Below are positions 59,277 to 64,000 of a stretch of DNA of 64,000 nucleotides, piece after piece. Numbering within the stretch: position 1 is the first letter of the stretch; every line of letters begins with the position of its first letter. The notes under the pieces were generated by a model that worked only from the letters and a program-made list of their open reading frames with translations, did no database searches and was not told the origin of the DNA. Both the position numbers and the translations under genes were made by a program. This DNA is from Candidatus Latescibacterota bacterium (GTDB taxonomy: Bacteria > Latescibacterota > UBA2968 > GCA-2709665): positions 1,024,001 to 1,088,000 of the forward strand of contig OZ242358.1 of the NCBI GenBank assembly GCA_965208835.1, read 5' to 3'.

Positions 59277-60560
59277 TCAGGTTTTGGTACGGAACATCCC
59301 GGAGTAGGGTACGGGATCGAGGAATATACCGCCGCTTTCCCGGTAGTAGTCCTCGTCCAGGACAAATGCGCCCGATCCGGGCGTGAGCCATGGCGCGTCC
59401 GGGATGGGGTACGCGGCAATCAGGTCGGCCCAGTTTCCGTAGTTCTCCGGCCCGTTGGATTCGATCAGACCGCCCCGGATACCCGGGAATGCCGGCAGGC
59501 GGGCCGCGACGTTCTTGTTCCACTCCACCAGGAGGGGAATGCACCCGTTGTCGGCCACGAAACACGGTACGCCGGCTTCCGCCGCGGCGCGCACCATCCC
59601 GAAGGCGAGCGAAAGGGTCTTGCCGGCGGGCTTGATGGCGACGGCCCCATACCCCTGGCTTGCCCGTGTGCCCACGTCCTCCACCGTCTGTACGCTCTCG
59701 TCTGCCGCAAACCTGGCCGGCAGGTCGCCCACGTCGAATTCATCGGGATTCCGAAAGGGCTCTTCGATGAGGACGATGTGTTCGTGTATTCCGGTCTTGA
59801 GCGCGTGGTCCAGCAGGCGAGTCAGGGTTTCTTTTTTCGCGTAACGTGCGTTCGCGTCCAGATAGTAGAGGATTTTTCCCGAATCCGTCATCGGCGTACT
59901 GTATTGCGAGCCAACACGATGGATGCGGTCCAGCCACTCGATGTCCTTCCGGACCATGTCAGCTTCGGCGCCGGGTTGGCCGATCTTGATCTTCAGGATG
60001 TAGACACCCGTGTCCAAGATGGCCCGCAGTTCATCGACGGGCATCCCATAGCCTGCGGCAGGGGCAAGGCCGAGATGGGACTGGCGGTCCGCAAGAAACG
60101 GTCGGTACGCAACGGGAATGAGGTTGTCGAACGTGGCGATCCCGTTACGCTTCGCATGAAGCATCCACGCGGCGTTGTCCAGGGCGACCAGGGCGATCAG
60201 AGAAAACGTGAGTCGCAGACCGCGGTTCCGGGTGACGGTCCTGCCGTAGTCGTGTACGTGCGGCAGGAGTTCCGACAACATCGCGGGCGGGTCCGGGAAC
60301 TCCCGGTCCACCGCCTGCTGAATCGCGAATTCCAGGAGCGCGGCCATGAGCAAATTGCCGCCGACTTCGGTCTGGTTTGAAAACACGTCGGGATCGGACC
60401 AGAGTACGGCGGTGCCGCCCACGCCCACAGCTTCGGTACCGTCTTCGTCTGTAAGGCGCACGATCAGATTCCACTTTTCGTGGAAGGCGGCGCCCTTGAA
60501 CGCGAACGGCCTCGCGAAGGGTTGACGCTGCATTTCGAGATCGGCGCGGACGATTCGCAT
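59277..60560 (-). CDS. Enolase-superfamily enzyme (mandelate racemase/epimerase-like)
   Basis: LKIKIG, LDAN, IEEP, ADES, IKP; start at ATG 60560. Confidence 0.82.
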   Translation of the reverse strand: MRIVRADLEMQRQPFARPFAFKGAAFHEKWNLIVRLTDEDGTEAVGVGGTAVLWSDPDVFSNQTEVGGNLLMAALLEFAIQQAVDREFPDPPAMLSELLPHVHDYGRTVTRNRGLRLTFSLIALVALDNAAWMLHAKRNGIATFDNLIPVAYRPFLADRQSHLGLAPAAGYGMPVDELRAILDTGVYILKIKIGQPGAEADMVRKDIEWLDRIHRVGSQYSTPMTDSGKILYYLDANARYAKKETLTRLLDHALKTGIHEHIVLIEEPFRNPDEFDVGDLPARFAADESVQTVEDVGTRASQGYGAVAIKPAGKTLSLAFGMVRAAAEAGVPCFVADNGCIPLLVEWNKNVAARLPAFPGIRGGLIESNGPENYGNWADLIAAYPIPDAPWLTPGSGAFVLDEDYYRESGGIFLDPVPYSGMFRTKT

Positions 60561-60567
60561 GCTCGCG

Positions 60568-61578
60568 CTACTCCCAGCGGGTAAGGTCAAAGAGGACGCC
60601 GAGGAAGGCGCCTTTTTCGTTGAGGAGTCCGCGGTATGCCGCGTCGGCCTGCGAGGCCGGGAGGACATGGGTAAGCAGAGGGGCGACTTTCAGGCGTTCG
60701 CGGGCGATATAGTCCAGCATGAGTTCGTCGGGGTCCGGATCTCCGAATTGCGACGCGTCGGGCTGCCTGGAACCGTGCGCGCCAATAACGGACACGCCGG
60801 TGCGGTGAAGGTCGAAATACAGGTCGATCTCGGCGCTGCCGCGCGGGCTGCCCAGAAGGACAACCTGTCCCATCTGTGACGCGGTTCGGATCGCCGGCGG
60901 GGCCACTTCCGGGTTGCCCGTAGCCTCGACGACGATCTGGCAGCCCTCTCCGTTCGTGATGGCGTTGACGCGGTCCTCCAGATCCTCCGCTTCCGGATTG
61001 ACGCAGGCGTCGATGCCGCAGGTTCTTGAAATGGCGAGCCGTTCCGGAACCGCGTCTATGCCGATGACCAGGCGGGCGCCTGAGAGAATCATCAGCTGCG
61101 CGGCGAGATTGCCGACCAGGCCCTGACCGAAAACGGCGACGGTGTGGCCGAGCCGGACGTTTGAAAGGCGGACCGCGGTGAGCGCGATCCTTGCGATAAC
61201 CGCAAACGGCGCGTGTTGAAGCGACACATCCTCAGGCAGTCTCAACAGAGACCGGTCGGCGGGCACGAGGGCATGCGAGGCGTGCTTGCCCCTTACGTAC
61301 ACCGGATCGCCTTCACGCACGGCGTCCACGTCCCGCCCCGTGAGGAGTACGCGGCCCACCGATGCATAACCGGGGTCGAAAGGAAAACTGGCATAGCCGA
61401 AGTCCTCCCGCGTAAAGCCCACGTGTGTCTGCGTAAACATCGCCAGTTCGGTGCCGGGGCTGATCAGGCCGTACAGGTTTTCGACAAGGACCTCGCCGGG
61501 TCCAGGCGTGTCCTGGATTTCGACGTCGACGGTTTCGACCTTCATTCTTTCCGTAAACACAAGCTGTCTGGCCTTCAT
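60568..61578 (-). CDS. MDR (zinc-binding ADH-like) oxidoreductase
   Basis: ISPGTE, PGYASVG, FGQGLVG, VEATG. Confidence 0.85.
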   Translation of the reverse strand: MKARQLVFTERMKVETVDVEIQDTPGPGEVLVENLYGLISPGTELAMFTQTHVGFTREDFGYASFPFDPGYASVGRVLLTGRDVDAVREGDPVYVRGKHASHALVPADRSLLRLPEDVSLQHAPFAVIARIALTAVRLSNVRLGHTVAVFGQGLVGNLAAQLMILSGARLVIGIDAVPERLAISRTCGIDACVNPEAEDLEDRVNAITNGEGCQIVVEATGNPEVAPPAIRTASQMGQVVLLGSPRGSAEIDLYFDLHRTGVSVIGAHGSRQPDASQFGDPDPDELMLDYIARERLKVAPLLTHVLPASQADAAYRGLLNEKGAFLGVLFDLTRWE

Positions 61579-61618
61579 GATACGATCCTTCGCGACGGAT
61601 GGCCGCGCAATGCGCGTG

Positions 61619-62992
61619 TCAATGTCCGAGCCCTATTCCCGTCAGGCCGGATGTATCCACCGTGCCGTCAGTAATATTGAAGACCGATGGATAGCGGTCC
61701 GCCCAGTCGCCGTTGGCGCCCGGGCAGTATTGCCGTGCGTTGCCCTCGATGGCCGTCACCGCGGGCACCCGCGCGGCAAGGCCGGCGGAGTGCAGAAACG
61801 CGGCCCCCGGGCAGGTGAGGTCCTGCACGCAGAGGAACATGCCGTATTTCTCAGCCGCGGCGCCCATGAGCAGGGCCTGTGACTGACCCTTGCAGGTCTT
61901 GAGCGCGACGCCGGAATAGCCCAGATCACGGGCGAGCAAAAGGCTCTCGAAATCCTCCAGGGACTCGTCGATCACCACGGGTCGGATTCCCGCGGCTTCG
62001 TGCATCCTGTTCTCCGGGTTCGCACGCAGGTTGCGGGCCGTAGGCTGTTCGATGTAGGCCACGCGCTCGAAGGCGCCGCCGCTCTTTTCCCGGATTTGCG
62101 CGAGAAAGTCCAGCAGGTAGCCCACGTCGCGGCATTGTTCGTTGAAGTCGAGCGAATAGGCCCAGTCCGAAACGCCGCGTTCGGCCTGTGTCTGAGCAGT
62201 GACGGCGTGAATGCCGCATACGCGGTCCACGTCCCATGCCAGATCATCTCCGTTGAGTTTGACTTTGAGGTGGGTCAGGCCGTCAGCGCGGATCCACTCC
62301 GGCAGCGTTTCGGGCAGGCTGTCGTCGAGCCGTTGATCGATGTCCGCGTCTGAGAGTGGATCGAGGGCGCCAACCAGATGGTAGAGCGGCATCCGGGGTT
62401 TGGGTTCGCGCAGGGTGTAACGGTCCAGGTGTTCGCCTTTGAAGTCATCGTTCAGATATCTGGCGAGATCGTGGTTCATCCATTCCGCAGAGAGACCGTC
62501 GTACGCGTTGATCCGGTTGACCTTGCCGTAGGCATCGTGCAGCGCGGCGTCGATCGGACTTGCGGTGACCAATGTACAGAGTTTCGGTATGGGTTCCGCC
62601 AGGTTCAGTTCCGCGCCGGTTTCCTCCGCGAGATCGAGAAACAGGGCTTCCAGTTCGGCCATGATGTCGATCGGATGCCCACGGTCTCGGTAGGTGCGAG
62701 TGCAGGCGACCATGCGTTCGCCGAGACTGACCATCGCCTGCATGGACTCATCGAAGCCGACGGTCCGGGAGGGAAAGGACCAGGCATTCCCGAGGGGCAT
62801 GGAGCCGAACCCGGATGCCCGCCCGCCGGCGCCGTTTTCGACGTCGACGGTTACGTTCATCAGTTTGCAGTGCGTCGTGACCACACCGCCGAACTTGAGC
62901 GGGGTGCGGTAGGGGTATGCCTCGAAGTCGAGTTCGACGTTACGGATGCGGATGTCAGAAGGTCCGGGCATAAGCGCTCCGTTGATCGGCAT
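61619..62992 (-). CDS. Enolase-superfamily enzyme (mandelate racemase-like)
   Basis: YRTPLKFGG, LKVKL, LDFNE, YIEQP, IDES, LKTCKG; start may be 62971. Confidence 0.82.
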   Translation of the reverse strand: MPINGALMPGPSDIRIRNVELDFEAYPYRTPLKFGGVVTTHCKLMNVTVDVENGAGGRASGFGSMPLGNAWSFPSRTVGFDESMQAMVSLGERMVACTRTYRDRGHPIDIMAELEALFLDLAEETGAELNLAEPIPKLCTLVTASPIDAALHDAYGKVNRINAYDGLSAEWMNHDLARYLNDDFKGEHLDRYTLREPKPRMPLYHLVGALDPLSDADIDQRLDDSLPETLPEWIRADGLTHLKVKLNGDDLAWDVDRVCGIHAVTAQTQAERGVSDWAYSLDFNEQCRDVGYLLDFLAQIREKSGGAFERVAYIEQPTARNLRANPENRMHEAAGIRPVVIDESLEDFESLLLARDLGYSGVALKTCKGQSQALLMGAAAEKYGMFLCVQDLTCPGAAFLHSAGLAARVPAVTAIEGNARQYCPGANGDWADRYPSVFNITDGTVDTSGLTGIGLGH

Positions 62993-63030
62993 GTGTTAAA
63001 GTCGTTGTGCCATTGCTGTCGTGTGGACTC

Positions 63031-64000
63031 CTATCCGCCCATGTGACGTTGCACGCCCGCCTTGAGAGCGGCATCGATGCGGGTGACGCTCTCCTCCAGG
63101 TGGGCGCGGGTCTGGCGGTCCAGGCCCTTGTCGACAAGGGCGTTCCGGATGGCGGTTGCCAGGGTCGCCAAATCGGCGCGGGCCAGAGAGGTGGCGTCGG
63201 CCGGGGCGTCGCGGACCGGCTTCACGACCAGGGCCACGACGTGGTCCAGGTGCAGGCGCTGAAGGTTTCTCCGGAAGCTGTTGATGTCGACAGGGGTTTC
63301 CAGCTCCGTCCAGATGGCTTCCCGCAAGCCGTCGAAGAGTTCCGGCATGTCGAATGTGTCTTCGCCCGCCCAGAGTTCCATGTCCTGCAGCCGGCCAAGC
63401 AGCAGCGGATGATACAGCGCGCTGAGGGGACCGCGTTGGATGTTCAGTATCCGGCTGTGGATCGGATAATCAAGCCGCTGCATGCGCCAGATCGCGCCGG
63501 TGAAGCCCCAGAGGCGTTCGGGGGCGAGTTTACGCATCAGTCCGGGGGGAAAGTCAAAGGCATCCGGACCGAATATGTGCGTCTTGAGGAATCCGAACGC
63601 CTCCCGTTGCCTGGCTGCCTTGACCGGTTCGAATGGAAGCCGGTTTCCGGGGTCGCCCACGTGGTCGCGCCGGTGATGGATGCCGCCGATGTATTTCGTT
63701 ACGTTGCGCGCAGCCAGAAAGTACTCCGTGAGTCCCTGGCCGAACACCCTCCGCAGCTTCTGGTAGCGCTTGCCCGGAACCTCGAACTCGCCCTCCATCT
63801 TTCGCCAGAGTTCTTTTGCAAGGCCAATGCGATTCCGGTGGTAGGCCAGCGGATCGGCGCCCAGGTCCCAGGTGTTGACCCACGGATCGATGCCGCGGGG
63901 CGCGCCAAAGGCGTCTTCATCCGTACCGTAGGCGACCCTGGGGTCGGCGACCTTTGCGGCGATCTTGTCCAGTTCCTTCCGTTCCGCCTCCGGGCTGTCC
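63031..64000 (-). CDS. Zinc-dependent metalloprotease (DUF4953/EcxA-like), C-terminal part
   Basis: Frame open to window edge; YGTDED..IDP..WDLGADPL, KYIGG, FRRNLQR, TRAHL. Confidence 0.78.
   Translation of the reverse strand, partial: DSPEAERKELDKIAAKVADPRVAYGTDEDAFGAPRGIDPWVNTWDLGADPLAYHRNRIGLAKELWRKMEGEFEVPGKRYQKLRRVFGQGLTEYFLAARNVTKYIGGIHHRRDHVGDPGNRLPFEPVKAARQREAFGFLKTHIFGPDAFDFPPGLMRKLAPERLWGFTGAIWRMQRLDYPIHSRILNIQRGPLSALYHPLLLGRLQDMELWAGEDTFDMPELFDGLREAIWTELETPVDINSFRRNLQRLHLDHVVALVVKPVRDAPADATSLARADLATLATAIRNALVDKGLDRQTRAHLEESVTRIDAALKAGVQRHMGG

Noticed and set aside
1-64000. CRISPR array or cas genes
   Set aside because: No regularly spaced direct repeats and no Cas-like ORFs seen.

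Overview
GC-rich bacterial chromosomal segment from a diderm (TonB-dependent receptor, Lnt, PQQ-like propeller proteins). The gene mix suggests an FCB/PVC-type heterotroph, but that is inference only. About 55 CDS. (i) 1-17 kb: catabolic genes (four Gfo/Idh/MocA oxidoreductases, DASS transporter, class-III aminotransferase, M20 deacylase, 2-hydroxyacid dehydrogenase, SDR, GH106-like protein). (ii) 17-26.6 kb: co-oriented run of short accessory genes (methyltransferases, GNATs, cupin, DMT, Nif3-like, VOC, two DUF433/DUF5615 toxin-antitoxin pairs). (iii) 26.6-40.4 kb: housekeeping and envelope genes (trmJ-like, bioF, lnt-tatC, CaCA antiporter, rfbB, rfbC, uvrA, hemL). (iv) 40.4-64 kb: beta-propeller proteins, sugar-acid/amine catabolism genes, a TonB-dependent receptor, ggt and two enolase-superfamily enzymes. 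The most notable observation is a single 773-aa ORF fusing a complete apolipoprotein N-acyltransferase (Lnt) to a complete TatC; one codon at the junction could be a lost stop. Also notable: a D-arm-less tRNA-Arg-like unit with its own promoter and terminator in front of uvrA, three MITE families (7 copies, no transposase in the window), a tandem McsA-like zinc-finger miniprotein, and a double-zinc-ribbon protein translationally coupled to uvrA. Several start codons were moved from the ORF track using SD motifs and domain boundaries. All family assignments are from motif recognition, not database searches.
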